A DNA stretch of 63,529 bases, the filler included, from Choristocarpus tenellus KU-1152 (Eukaryota > Protista > Phaeophyceae): assembly GCA_964200185.2 (NCBI GenBank). It is 10 parts of 10 records of this genome, joined end to end, with 100 filler letters (N's around TTAATTAATTAA, not from the genome) between each part and the next. Parts side by side here need not be neighbours in the genome. Positions count along the whole stretch, not along the records: positions 1 to 3,023 come from CAXNAD020022869.1; positions 3,124 to 8,553 come from CAXNAD020010803.1; positions 8,654 to 29,210 come from CAXNAD020000390.1; 7 more parts are not named here. The stretch is one strand, 5' to 3'. The notes beneath the pieces are model-generated. The model had not been told where the DNA came from, ran no database searches, and was given only the letters and a program-made list of their open reading frames with translations. Both the position numbers and the translations under genes were made by a program. Position 1 is the first letter of the stretch; every line of letters begins with the position of its first letter. Below, piece by piece: positions 1-12,312 of the stretch.

Positions 1-1153
1 ATGTATGTATGTATGTATCTATCTCTGTGAACCTGGAGTGATTTTCATGCAATCTGAGTGAACTTGTCAGATGTAAGGGCATTTTCCTTCATCTGAACAC
101 ACCTTCCTTTTCCATCACCCTGCTGCATGAACCAAACCTGAAGGAAAATCGTCCAAAGTGTGCATCAAACTGGGGTATCCTCCACATCCCATCAAGCTCC
201 AAATATACAACCCAGGCTAAACACCCCCCCCTCTAAAACACTATGGACCCAAGCATTGTCTTCCTATTGCATGGATATGTACCCTTCCCATTCTACCACC
301 AGCAGTGCCAGCTAATGACATCTTTAACCAAAAATTCCTCGTCCTTACTTAAAGAGTCATCGTAAACGAGAGGTGCCCAGGTTTTGTCCGTTTTGCATTA
401 TAAATCTACATTCCAATCCTTTGTAATTAACCCATATTCTATGGATGGAGTTCTAAGTTTGACTTGAGAACATTTATTTTCCATTGTTTGAAACGTGCTG
501 GCAATAATGGTAGTTGTAGTTGTTGTAGTCGTTTCAACATTACTATGCATAGTGTGCCAGTAGTGACAGCATCTACTTGTTCATGAGCAATCCATTCCAT
601 TATATTCCTAACTACCCATAAGTACTTTTGTTAGTAGTAATAGGGAGTGGTGGTAGTAGTGGTTTAGTGCTACCAGAGACTACTACTAATACTACTACTA
701 TACTGCTACTGCTACGGCTACTGCTACGGCTACTGCTACTATGAGTAAGTGAGAATACATATCGATCATCTTGGGGAGATGGAGTCAATGCACCACACAA
801 ACACCCAGTTACACACAATGAGCAACTAGTATCTTCATCACAATAACGGTAGATGAGCATGTAATCCTCCTCAAGGTCCTCAAATTCAACACAAGGGGAT
901 GCATGCACATAGATAGGCAAGGCATCGTGCCAGCATTGGCCTTATTTTGGCCGGTCTCATTGTCAGCAAATCCAAACCCCCTTTGCAAACAAGAAATTTC
1001 TATCTTGTTCCATGTAAGAGAGCAAAATATTCTTCAAAGTTCCAATGTATTTAATAATCCTTGCGTCTAGCCGTCAAAGACCGAGTCTGCATTTAACAGA
1101 TTCCCTGTTCATGAAGCATATATATATATAGAGTAATTCAACAAGATGAGATA

Positions 1154-1411
1154 AGGCCAAACCAATCAAGAATTAGGCAGGTTTGGACCCTTTTGCATTC
1201 CAACCCATCATTCTTACCCTGTACGATGCACTCTATTTCATTGCCTTACATGCAATTGTGCACGCAAAATTGTTAGTTCCCCTTTACATACACAAAGTGA
1301 CACCACAAGTCAGCAAAGGCTCTTTTTGTAATTGTACAAAATGACTTCTTTTTGCTTCTTTCTCAAGTTTCATAAAATGCAACCCTACCTACCTCTCATT
1401 TGGTTTGATCC
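1154..1411. mobile_element. MITE family D copy (~255 bp; TIR GAGYCAAACCAATTGAGAGGTAGGCAGG)
   Basis: Inverted termini gccaaaccaatc...aggcagg / cctacctacctctcatttggtttg. Internal sequence is shared with five other copies in the window. Confidence 0.8.
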
Positions 1412-1736
1412 CTACACTAATATAGCAGGTGATTAACGTATTATTACTAGGGTGTGGGGAGCTTGATGCAGGCCCTCGTTCTGAGGACAAGTTTTCCCAT
1501 CCCAAAGCAGGTGACTCACCATTAGATGTACAATCTATTTGGCCATCTCGCTCCTCCACTTAATCCCTCTCTGACGACTCTTCCTGTATCGACGGAAGTG
1601 AGGACAGGTTTGTACTAGGTGAGAAGCCATCCTTTGATAACAAAGGAGACTATTTAACTCATGATCCTCCCCCTGGTGAAGGGCGAAGTGTGTTGGAGTT
1701 CTTGCAACCTGATAGGACTGGGTCGTGTCATGTAGC

Positions 1737-2125
1737 GTATGAGGATTATACAGGAACAACCCTTTGAGTTCTGGGATGACTAAGCTCATAGACGTGCGAC
1801 ATCATTTCCTGAGGGACTTCGTAGCCAATGGACAAACAAGGATTGTTCATGCTACCTCAGATGAGGAGCATGCAGATATGTTGACCAAGCCTTTAGCAGA
1901 ATTTTTGGAGGCATGCAGGGGCTTCGCTAAATTTAGACTAGGTATAATGGTTTGTTTCTTCCTGAATTTGAATTTCTTTGTGTTTGTTTGGATTTATGTT
2001 TTTCAGTAAGTCCAATAGCAGCAGTTTGTTTTCTTGTCATACTGGATTGACCTGAGGAGTCTCCTAGGATCCATAATTGTACCTTGTGAGTTCTTAAGAG
2101 TTGTTTGAGCTAGGGAGGGTATTCG
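1737..2125 (+). mobile_element. Degenerate Ty1/copia LTR retrotransposon fragment (RNase H C-terminus and probable polypurine tract)
   Basis: TKLIDVRHHFLRDFV...HADMLTKPL matches the copia RNase H motif TKHIDVRxHFxR...QxADxLTKPL. Purine run agggaggg at about 2112. Confidence 0.8.
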
Positions 2126-2439
2126 ATTAGACTCCTCCAATTCTATCGAACTGTATATGGAGTAAGAGAACAACCTTTAGTGATTAAGTTATCGGAACCT
2201 TTTATTAGCGATTAGCTGTATGAGAACATTTCTCATAAAAAAAGGAAAGATTTCTGATTTTTTTATGGGGTGCTGCATGCCCCACTTACCTTCAATCACT
2301 CTACAGACACCAAGTAATCTCCGTGGGTTTATCACCTTTATTCTTTTGGATGATTTGGGCGATACTTTAACAAATGATACCACTCAAGAGTATCATCTGC
2401 ACCAGACCAAACAGTAACGAGACGTATGGTAAAACAGGT

Positions 2440-2618
2440 GCTTGCTTTGTATGTGTAGGGGGGTCTGCACCGGGGTGTCCATTTGGGGCTTGACGAGGAG
2501 AATTGCACTTACATTATCCATCCGACACATCCAACCAAATCACCCAAAATCGCGACATGGAAAAATATAGGTCACAAATGGACAGTCGCTGATCCCCCCC
2601 AGATCGATACTTTGAGTC
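2440..2618. mobile_element. MITE family A1 copy (left end decayed)
   Basis: ggggtgtccatttgggg...caaccaaatcacccaaaatcgcgacatgg...gatactttgagtc, homologous to 11760-11938 and 44014-44194. Confidence 0.75.
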
Positions 2619-2970
2619 AGCATTTGTTCACAACTAAATAGAAGGCGAACAAACCCTTTTCACTCCTGTGTCGTACCTACCACTCGACCCCACACCATAC
2701 GTTGTGACTGTACACTGTTGGACAACTCTTCCGATTGGCATCACCATGATACCTGTTTCATCTATTATGGGTGGGTGGTTGATCTTATTTAATGCTGACT
2801 GTGGACAATCGGGGAGTGTTGGATGTTGCAACGAGAGTGAGGGAAGGACCTATTTTCCGATAATGCATAGACCTTACAGTGAAGTGAGAAAAAAATACGC
2901 AAATCATGTTGAAATTGACCCCCAAAATTGTCTGTTTTGATACATCACTCAGACCAAGTGGTAAGTTTCT

Positions 2971-3023
2971 GGGTCAAAGTATCTTAGGGGGGGGGTGCCG
3001 GCGTCCGTTTTTCACTCTCTTTC
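2971..3023. mobile_element. MITE family A2 copy truncated at contig end
   Basis: gggtcaaagtatct-polyG-tgccggcgtccgtttttcac, matching the start of 14246-14396. Confidence 0.75.
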
Positions 3024-3123
3024 NNNNNNNNNNNNNNNNNNNNNNNNNNNNNNNNNNNNNNNNNNNNTTAATTAATTAANNNNNNNNNNNNNNNNNNNNN
3101 NNNNNNNNNNNNNNNNNNNNNNN

Positions 3124-3210
3124 TTCATGAATGGCACGTTCATGAAAGGCATGTTCATGAATGGCACGTTCATGAATGGCATGTTCATGAATGGCATGTT
3201 CAAGAATGGC
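3124..3210. repeat. 15-bp tandem repeat (ttcatgaatggcayg) x~6
   Basis: Directly visible; runs off the contig end. Confidence 0.9.
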
Positions 3211-4018
3211 AGGTTTACCAAGGGTGGGACAAACAAAAGACATATCTACCGGAGAATTTTTTTTGTGTACATACTTCAAAGTGTGTAATATAAATGTATA
3301 ATAATATTATAATAAAATAATATAATACAATATGATATATCAGTATGTGGAGCGAGAAATGTATTTGATACTACATGAGGCCATTAAAATCCTTCATGAT
3401 TGAAATTAACCAACGAATTGTACAATTAAGATATATGAATAGAGAAAACAAAAATGTATAGACAGGAAAAAATAAGAAAACAAATAATGCTGCCTTGGGA
3501 TCCACAGCAAACGCCTTCCAAAATTCTCCACACTTGCACTTCACAAGATATTTCATTATAACCCACACACAATCAGGAAAATTGTGTGAATTGGACCATG
3601 TTTCATTTGTTACAAACATAGCACGGCTATATAAAAAAATAATAATATTGTATTCTCTTAATAGTCTCATCGCCTAACATCACATAAACCTATCATGACA
3701 TACACGGCAAATGAAAGGGTTTAACAATTTTTCAATTCTATAACCCGCCTCTCTGAAAAGCCTAATGTCTAATGTCTGAAAAGTCTGAATGCTCACAATC
3801 TAATGTCTCACACAGAGTGCTGACAGGGTTACAACAATTCTTACACACAATAATTACTAAAATAAAAAAAACAATATAAACAACCGTATAGAGGCAAGCA
3901 AAGAGACAACTGAGATGCATTAATCAGTGCATCTACACAATACACAATACACAATGAACCAACCCTAACCCTAATAATACACAATACACAATGCACCAAC
4001 CCTAACCCTAATACACAC

Positions 4019-7000
4019 CACCAGCCCGAAGAGTCCCATTAAAATCAAACGCCTGACCCCCAGCTGTCAGCTCGTTATCGTCCAGCAAAGCTTTCTTCCA
4101 AACAAAACCAGCATCTGACTGAGGCAGTCGCACCCAAAAGTCCAGCCTCCCATAGGGGTTGTCCTCCATGGTGAAGCCATAGCTAATGGGAGGCAGAGCA
4201 GACAAAAGCCAACATGCAAAGCAAGGAAAAAGTGAGAGATGTACGGCCTCCCTCAAAATAATATATATATTGAAGACCAGGGCATTGGGGAGGTGGGGGG
4301 GGAAGGGTGTTCACTCCTTGGAGAGGCGTCCTCTTGTCTGCACCTCATCAGCAACAGTAAGAGTCAGGGATACAAAAAAAAGGGTTCTGAATTGCAAAAA
4401 AAGGGCTGCTACATTATATTTTAAAAATAGTTCCATGGAGATTGCAACCAAGTTACATGTTGGCTTCGGCAAGTTATGATGGATTAAAGGCATACCACAG
4501 ATATTGTGAGAATACCAAGAGAATACCAAGAGTTTATCTCACAACAGTGGTCATACCATGCCGCTGACCAGAGAGTAAACCTAATTTGTTACTACGTAGT
4601 GCGACAGAGCACACCCCTCACAGGAATAATCACCTCTTAAATGTGCACTCGTGACAATCAAGACTTGCTAACAAACAAAAAAAATATTAAAAAAAATAGT
4701 GTTCTTATCTCTCCATCCCTTCACTCTTAGCTTGTACTTACATCCCTGATGCCAACACAGGTTCAAATTTAAAAAGTACAACCACATACACCTAACCCTA
4801 ACCCTAGAAGATAAAGAAATCTTCGAGCAACCTGCAAGACCCAACCTGAGAACATTTTATTGAAACCATTGATACCCTAAAGAGAACCAAGTTGAGACCA
4901 GGGCACCACCAAAATATAACATTTTCCAGCATCAGAGGAAGAGCATGCATGACTCTGTAAATGAAATAGATGATGTTACATACTATTGGCACTATACACA
5001 CTATAGACCAAAAAAATATACCAGGGTTTCCACATCTCGCGAATGCATTTCCATCAGAGTTACATAATAAGTCAGGCACAGGAAGATATTGGAGACATTG
5101 TGCTAAGAAATATAATTCATTGCTGTTGTGATATCTAATATACTATAATACCATTAGTGTTAATAATAATTTAATACCAATGGTGTTACTAATACTTTAA
5201 TGCCATTAACGTTAATAATCATTTAATACCATTAGTGTGAATAATACTTTAATACCATTAGTGTTGAGAATGGACAGAATTGGTGTCTTATTGACCGCCT
5301 CACAACAATTCCATGAGATCAACTTGGTATATTCAAATAGGTCATTTAGCACACTTAACACCTAACACCTCATGTGGCCAGGAGGAAACACACAGTCACG
5401 AGCACCTTATGACCCAATCAATCAACCAATCAAACAGAGTGTGGTGAAACAATTGACACCCATTCAAAAGCACATTCTTCTTGGTGCATTCTACCTTGAT
5501 TATCGTCTGATTCATTGGAATTAGCCAATCATATCCATCAACGCACCAAATACACCCAATGAAAATTGCTGGGCCAACAATTTCGAGGCTAAATCAGAGA
5601 TTTCTGCCAACCAGGTATTGGGGGGAAGGACTGATCAGTATGACATTCAAAGGTGTACCTCAATATACATATGATGGTATGTGTTCAACACTCCACACCT
5701 CCATTAGTTTCCTTCACAGTAGCTATAGTGTTCTGCCAACACTGCCAATATTTTGCTATGTAGTATTTGGTACCATGGTCTAATTGAATCACCCTAAACC
5801 TAAGCCAATCTGTGGAACAAGACTGGCAGAGACAGTTACAGTGTTATCATTATTCTTATATTACTACTACATATTTTTGCATATTTTATATCGATCAATA
5901 AATATTTTTTATTTTTTATGCTGTTCAATAAAAATAATTACTTGAAACATAAGAGATAGTACATGAAAATATCGCAGCCTAAAATGAAAACACCCCTAAC
6001 CCCAATCCTAATCAAAAACACAATCTCAAGCACATCAGGACTGGATCCTACAGACACAGCCAGTTCTATTGTGAGCACCTCAAATATAACAATTCCTTTC
6101 TGTCAATTTCTTAAATTAAATACTCCAAATTAAATAATTCTAAAATAGATCAATAATAAAAAGGTATTAACAGATGACTACAGTACATAATGTGTGTAAC
6201 TATATAATGAACACCAACTATACCTTTGTAATGATTAGGACTAACTGTACCTTTGTCGTGATTAGTACTAACTGTACCTTTACAATAATTAGTACTAATT
6301 GTACCTTTATCATGATTAGTACCAATTGTACATTTATCATGATTAGTACCAACTGTACCTTTATAATGATTAGTACCAACTGTACCTTTATAATGATTAG
6401 TGCTAATTGTACCTTTACAATGATTAGTACCAATTGTACCTTTAACATGATTATTGCACTTGTGTGTGCATCACAAATTTGGTACTCCTGGAAACTCCCC
6501 TCTGTTCAGGTTCAATTCAAGTAGTTAGCAGGGCAGGCTAATTTGCAAATTTACTGTATGACCTAAGGTTTTAGTCTTTATTAGTGGAGGTCTTGTATGG
6601 GGAGTCTTGAAAAAGCCATTACAAGGTTAGTTTACAATTTCATCAAAATCCAACTCCGTCTACCTATCCTGTACAACCTACCAGTACAACCTAACCCTAA
6701 ACCTAACTACAAATTCGCAAATATGCCTTCCCAACGATATTTTCCATCCCTCAATCTCTTCTAATTGATGATAAAAAAGAAAAAACAACTAAAAACACTT
6801 TCTTAGGGTTAGGGTTAGGTACAAACCTGTAAAGCAACTTCGCATTGGGATATTTTCCATACACAATGAAGAACTGCTCTGAGGCAGCGTAGTCCCTCCC
6901 TGCCCGCACCAATAGGCGAGAACCCTTTCCAGCACTAACATACTTAGGCAAGGTTTCAGACCCAGAACTGTCACTGACCTCTCCTGGGCTGCTGGTCACA

Positions 7001-8266
7001 TCAAGGCCCATTATCTCAGACAGCGAATCGGCAGCCTACAGAGAGTGGGGAGACGGGAGGGGGGGGTGAGAGATGGCACTTCTTTTAAGATGGCACTTCT
7101 TTTAAGATGACACTTCTTATAAGATGAAACTTCTATTAAGGTGGCACTTCTTTTAAGATGACACTTCTTATAAGATGAAACTTCTTTTAAGATGACACTT
7201 CTTATAAGATGAAACTTCTTTTAAGATGACACTTCTTATAAGATGAAACTTCTATTAAGGTGGCACTTCTTTTGCCCGGAGAAAAGTCTATCATTTGGGT
7301 CATCATTTGGGAGCGGAAGATGACATAAAAGGGTACAGTGACATGCAGTGTTTACTTCAAGTGGAAAATAAAGGCATTGGTGACAATTTAGGGTGGGGTC
7401 AGTGCGAGAAAAAGTCCATACTATTAATACTAATCAATACTGAATACACCCTCTTGAATCACTCTGCCTCACATCAAATGCACAAACAAGATATATATAT
7501 GTAGGCCTCGCCTTCCACATACTATTGCACAGCACAGCTCGTGAAGGTGTTGTCTTTAGGTTTAGGAACTGAAAAAGTCACATTTCGGTTTCAATCCATC
7601 CACCATACAAGTATTCAAACAAAAAAGTATGAACTGAGAAAAAACAATCTTGTTGGACAGTTCATGGTAATAGCAAACCAGGCCTTACTAAACACCTGTA
7701 GAAACACAAACATTAATGACTAAGAAAAAAATATGTAACAAGAAAACAACACATACACACACAAACGCCTTCAAAATTCCCCAGGGCACTTGAATCATTC
7801 AAAACTACAAACTGCGGAGTATTATTGAAATATTAAATAAAATATTAAATATTTTATGTTACATGTGCATGCCCCAAACCCTAACCCCAAAAATTGGGGA
7901 TACAGAGCTACAAAATCCACTGTGTCATTTATGTTCACAAAAAAAACAGAAATTGGCGACGACAAATCATGCCAAAGGATGGCAGGTCAGTGTGACAATA
8001 TGAGGTATACCACTGACCATGTATGTTCAACCCTAACCCTAAGTCCTAATATACTGTTGCAACTGACTTTAATACCATTTCCCTATAAAAAACGCCTCCA
8101 TATTTACACCATTATCTCTCCACGCAAGGGCCACTCTCACATCACTCACATCATGGTGATGGTTGGCAGCATTGATGACTGGAACCATGGCACGGTGGTA
8201 TAATCCAAGCTCATCCTCGTAGCCAAACGCCCTGCTCCAGATGGAGTGCATGGCCCAGAGGTAGTC
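4019..8266 (-). CDS. SET-domain protein lysine methyltransferase, Rubisco LSMT/SETD3-like (partial, 3 exons)
   Basis: Exons 8266-8150, 7035-6827 and 4182-~4019 have GT-AG boundaries in matching phase. They read DYLWAMHSIWSRAF...AMVPVINAANH...LVRAGRDYAASEQFFIVYGKYPNAKLLYSYGFTMEDNP, the WA/SRAF, P..D..NH and YG..N..LL..YGF motifs of LSMT-type SET domains. Confidence 0.9.
5140..5265. repeat. Degenerate ~24-bp AT-rich minisatellite (intronic)
   Basis: aataccattagtgttaataatac-like units, about 5 copies. Confidence 0.7.
6211..6460. repeat. 27-bp minisatellite x~9 (intronic)
   Basis: gattagtaccaactgtacctttataat units; explains the spurious ISTNCTFIM ORF. Confidence 0.92.
7071..7272. repeat. ~18-bp minisatellite x~11 (intronic)
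   Basis: aagatgacacttcttata / aagatgaaacttctttt alternating units. Confidence 0.92.
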
Positions 8267-9092
8267 CTGTACCCAGAGAACCAGGATGACAGAGATCTCA
8301 ACAAAATATTTTGACAGGTATCAATCGGGGGAGTTTTCATGGCTCAATGACAGGTATCAATGCTGGAGACTGTTGTCTCAAAGTCATGTGCAATGCCACG
8401 TTTGGGGCGCTCTGTTGATGCAAAGTGTTACACCCCATGTTGTCCCAAAAAAAAAGAAGTGGTGTTTGGGAAAGTTCCAGTCCAACTGAATCGACTTTTT
8501 TTCAGGCTAATACATTGGTCCAAGTTTTTTTTTTTTCCTGTTACGGGTACCAGNNNNNNNNNNNNNNNNNNNNNNNNNNNNNNNNNNNNNNNNNNNNTTA
8601 ATTAATTAANNNNNNNNNNNNNNNNNNNNNNNNNNNNNNNNNNNNNNNNNNNNTCCGTTTCCTTGCCTTCACTATTTACAAATAATATTGGCTGTGGCTC
8701 TTCGAAATGGAGGGGAATTATATGCTGGGTCAGGCCTCGTCTTCTGTGCAAACCCCAAAGACCCCCCCCCCCACATGGAATATTTCCAGGGCAGAGTAAA
8801 TGGGTGCATAGTAAGTCCAAGCTGTAAGGGATGGATTGTTAGAATCGAAGTTTCAAACTCAACAACTTGAGGGGGTGATGGAGGTGGACAATACAAAATA
8901 ACCTATTTTCATGTACGTAAGGCAAAAAAAAAGACAAGCCGATATCCAAAACGAAATGACTTTTTCTGGGAGATTTGAAGAATGATGGAGGTAACACAAA
9001 GTACTCAACAGCACTTGTGTGTTGTACATTACAGGAGAGTAAAACTTCCGTTCTTATATCTTGCCAAAGATATTGGGTGTCATGTACAAATT

Positions 9093-9271
9093 GGGTCAAA
9101 GTATCTGGGGGGGGGGGGATGGTTTGTGATGGGGCGTCCGTTTCGGTCAAACATCTATTTTTTTTCGTGCCATTTCAAATCCGACACATGTGACCAAATC
9201 ACACCAAAAAGTGAAAATCGAAAAAAGGGGGAAAAACGCACTCCGACACCCCCCCCCAGATACTTTGACCC
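9093..9271. mobile_element. MITE family A2, complete, with 4-bp TSD AATT
   Basis: aatt|gggtcaaagtatctggggg...cccccagatactttgaccc|aatt; perfect TIR. Confidence 0.92.
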
Positions 9272-9988
9272 AATTGGTATAATAAGTTTCTATCATTAAG
9301 AAGGAATGTGAGGTACCAGTACAAAGTACCAAGAAGATCAAGTCTGTTTGCTGAAAGCTATTAACCTTCTAAAAGTGCTTCTGACACCCACCTTGGCTTC
9401 ACCTCTGCTCTTTTATACACTCGAACAACAGCCATGATGTCCCATGATTGTGGCAATCGTTGACCCCCAGCTATTGGTAGGGCATTCTGTTGGTGTTGGC
9501 AGTGCTCATTGAACAGTTTGATGGAGGTTCGTACCAACCTAGTTTTTTGTGAGGTTGAGGCTGGCTGATGTCTGCCCTCAACCTTTGTCTCGGACCCCCT
9601 GACCCGACAAAATTGCAAAGAACACAACAGCAACGACCCAATGTTCACAGCATGATGTTAATCCGTGTGTTTGAATTAGTGTTTTAGTTGTAGGTGCACA
9701 CAAGGCCGAGAAACGGGCAATACACATGAGAATCTGGACTGGGCATGCAGCAGCAGCTACAGGTTCTGTTTCCATGTTTGTGCTATGCAAGCTCCTCTGA
9801 GTAGTACACAATCAGTGGAACTATGGAGAGGACGTAGATTGCTGCATATGTATCCATCTATGTACTGGTGTATTGGAGTGTCAACACATGGAAATTGAAG
9901 TAGCCTGGTTGGAGGGTTAGTATGAGGGTGAGGTGAATCATCGAAAGTATGAATTAGGTTATTTTCTCAACTGAAAAGATATACTTAC

Positions 9989-11320
9989 AGAGCCATGCAG
10001 TTCGACCAACCACTGTTTTTCAAGGCAGGCATTGCCGATTTCTCCGCGTTTTTCAGTGGACGCCAGCAAGTGCTCAAGACAACCTGATGTGTTAGTTGCG
10101 TCTTTGCACTACAAAAAGAGAAACACAATCGGATGCAAACATATCAACAATTTCTGACTGCACACCAATCAGGGCACATTACAAATATAGTGAAACCTAG
10201 GATCGGTGAAATGCCTCTACCCCTGTAAAAACATGAAACTCACATGTCATCCTTATCAAAATAGTTCCTCACTGCCTGGCTAACGTTGCTCTCGCCACGA
10301 CACAAGCGTTCTGGTCACAATGCAATAAAGCAACAATGAAAAAGAGGTAAGGGGGAATGGGGTTAGGATAAGACATGGTTCCGAAGACATGCTACTAATA
10401 GCGTGAGGGTCAATGCGCAAGGTGCGAGCTACAGTGGTAGGACATTTTTTTTTTGCATTGAGACCGTGGTATGAAGTTAGGGTTAGGGTTTATCCTGCAA
10501 CCATATCGCATTATGGTTTTTATGGTCGTTGGGGTTGTGTTGGTAGAGCAGCGTCAATGCATGTGGTCAAGATTCAGTGGTTGCCTACATTCCAATCAAC
10601 ATGATATGGTTTTGACACTATATCTCTACAATTGGTATCAGCTCAACATTAGTACACCAAACGCTTTCCATCTGAAGGTACACTTTCAACAAGTAATTGA
10701 TCCCAAGTCAACTAACATGCAGAACCCGAGTGATTACTGTCCTCCTGGGGTAGTTCACGGATCTGTGTTGTCCCTAGCAGTTTCAAACCCGCCAAGCAAA
10801 AATAAAGTCAATGATTCCCCTTAGAAAAAAACAGTATCCTAGGAACATGGATCGCCAAGAGACAGATCCTGAAATTTGTTTGAACATGGAAATAATGTAA
10901 GAAAACAAAGACAGGGGACAGCTGCATGTGTGTACACCATTTCTTACCTCGACCATGTGTGTCTCTTCTGAGAAGCCCTACCACCACAACCGCCTCATCT
11001 GTGTCCCCAAGAATATCAACACCAACCATTGTCTGCTCTTCCTCATCTTCATCAGTGTCTCTTTGTGTCCCACCACAACTCTGCAACCCACTCTCGAGGA
11101 TGTTATTTCGGTCCACGAAATCTCGAGATGAATATGAGAGCTCTGAAGTCAGCGTGAACCTTCGGGAATGGTGACGGTGCGTTTTAGTAGGAGACGATGG
11201 GGACGACTCTGAAGTCACCGTGAAGCTGTTCCTCTTTTTGCTCATATTAGCAGGCAAAGGAAGATCAAGTTTGGAGTTTTGAGGACTTGCCTCGACACCT
11301 TTTATCCAGCGCTGTGGTTG
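9989..11320 (-). CDS. Three phase-compatible exons, probably the 3' continuation of the ferric-reductase-like gene
   Basis: Exons ~11320-10948, 10310-10244 and 10108-9989 splice in frame (…RRDTHGRERLCRGESNVSQAVRNYFDKDDIAKTQ…WSNCMAL). The junction to exon 12313 is unresolved, so this could be a separate gene starting at ATG 11245. Confidence 0.5.
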
Positions 11321-11759
11321 AGAGCGTTATTGTCCGCATGTAAGAGGTGGGTGGAGGTGGAGGGAAACAGAAAATGTTGTTTACACAGTAGCGCAAGGAG
11401 TATCAATTTCATTGTTCGCCTGTCTTTTTTTGTTGCAGATCCAGAACAGAGCTGAATCGCATATAGAATACATTTTACATATAGATTAGAAATGAGGGGA
11501 GTTAATTTTCTCTCTCTGCTTTTGTTGTTTTCTGTCATTCTGTATCTCTTCTGATAACACCTGCGAAACATAGGCGGGCATATTAGAACACTTGAGATAT
11601 GTCGATAGAAAAAGAAATGTCTTTTGAGTCTACATACTCCAATACCACCCACCTTCCATACTTCTGACCCTCACAGAGATTCAATACACATGTACTGACT
11701 TAAACAACATTTGACCGGATCATTGCAATGGGGCTGGAGATCAGTACTCCCCGCAGAAG

Positions 11760-11938
11760 GGGTGGGGGGGAAGGGGGGGAGGAGGGGGTCTACACCAGGG
11801 TGTCCATTTGGGCCCTGATCGGGAGAAGTGCTCATACATCATCCATTCGATACATGCAACCAAATCACCCCAAAATCGCGACATGGACAAGTAGACCCCG
11901 AATGGACAGCCGCCATCCACCCCCAGATACTTTGAGCC
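11760..11938. mobile_element. MITE family A1 copy
   Basis: ggggtctacaccagggtgtccatttgggcc...ccccagatactttgagcc. Confidence 0.8.
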
Positions 11939-12312
11939 GACACGGAATGAAGGACAGCTGTAATATACACCACCTTAAATGCTCACTGTGCAAAACGATT
12001 TGGAACACGTTGAGATGTAAATTTCCCCTCCAAAATCAACAAAAATCAACTTCGTGGAACCGCACAAGATAAGACTACTGACCATATCAACCCATGCAAT
12101 AACTGCTACTACTATCATATTGACAAACCCCACCATGAAGGTCACAATGCTATGGGCAGGAGAGTGACAGTATTTTCCCTAAAGCAACGTTTTTTTTGGG
12201 GTGTAGAACAATCAAGATAAATACAACAATTTAACAGGACATGAATGAAAGTCTTGCAGTTTTCCAAAACATAAACGCATGAACAAAAGCAAAACTCGAT
12301 TTCCACTCTCAC

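Noticed and set aside
3068-3079. Recurrent TTAATTAATTAA palindrome
   Set aside because: Always centred in N runs; an artificial six-frame-stop linker.
6174-6524. ORFs with ISTNCTFIM / KVQLVLIII repeats, possible repeat protein or CRISPR-like array
   Set aside because: Intronic head-to-tail minisatellite with no unique spacers.
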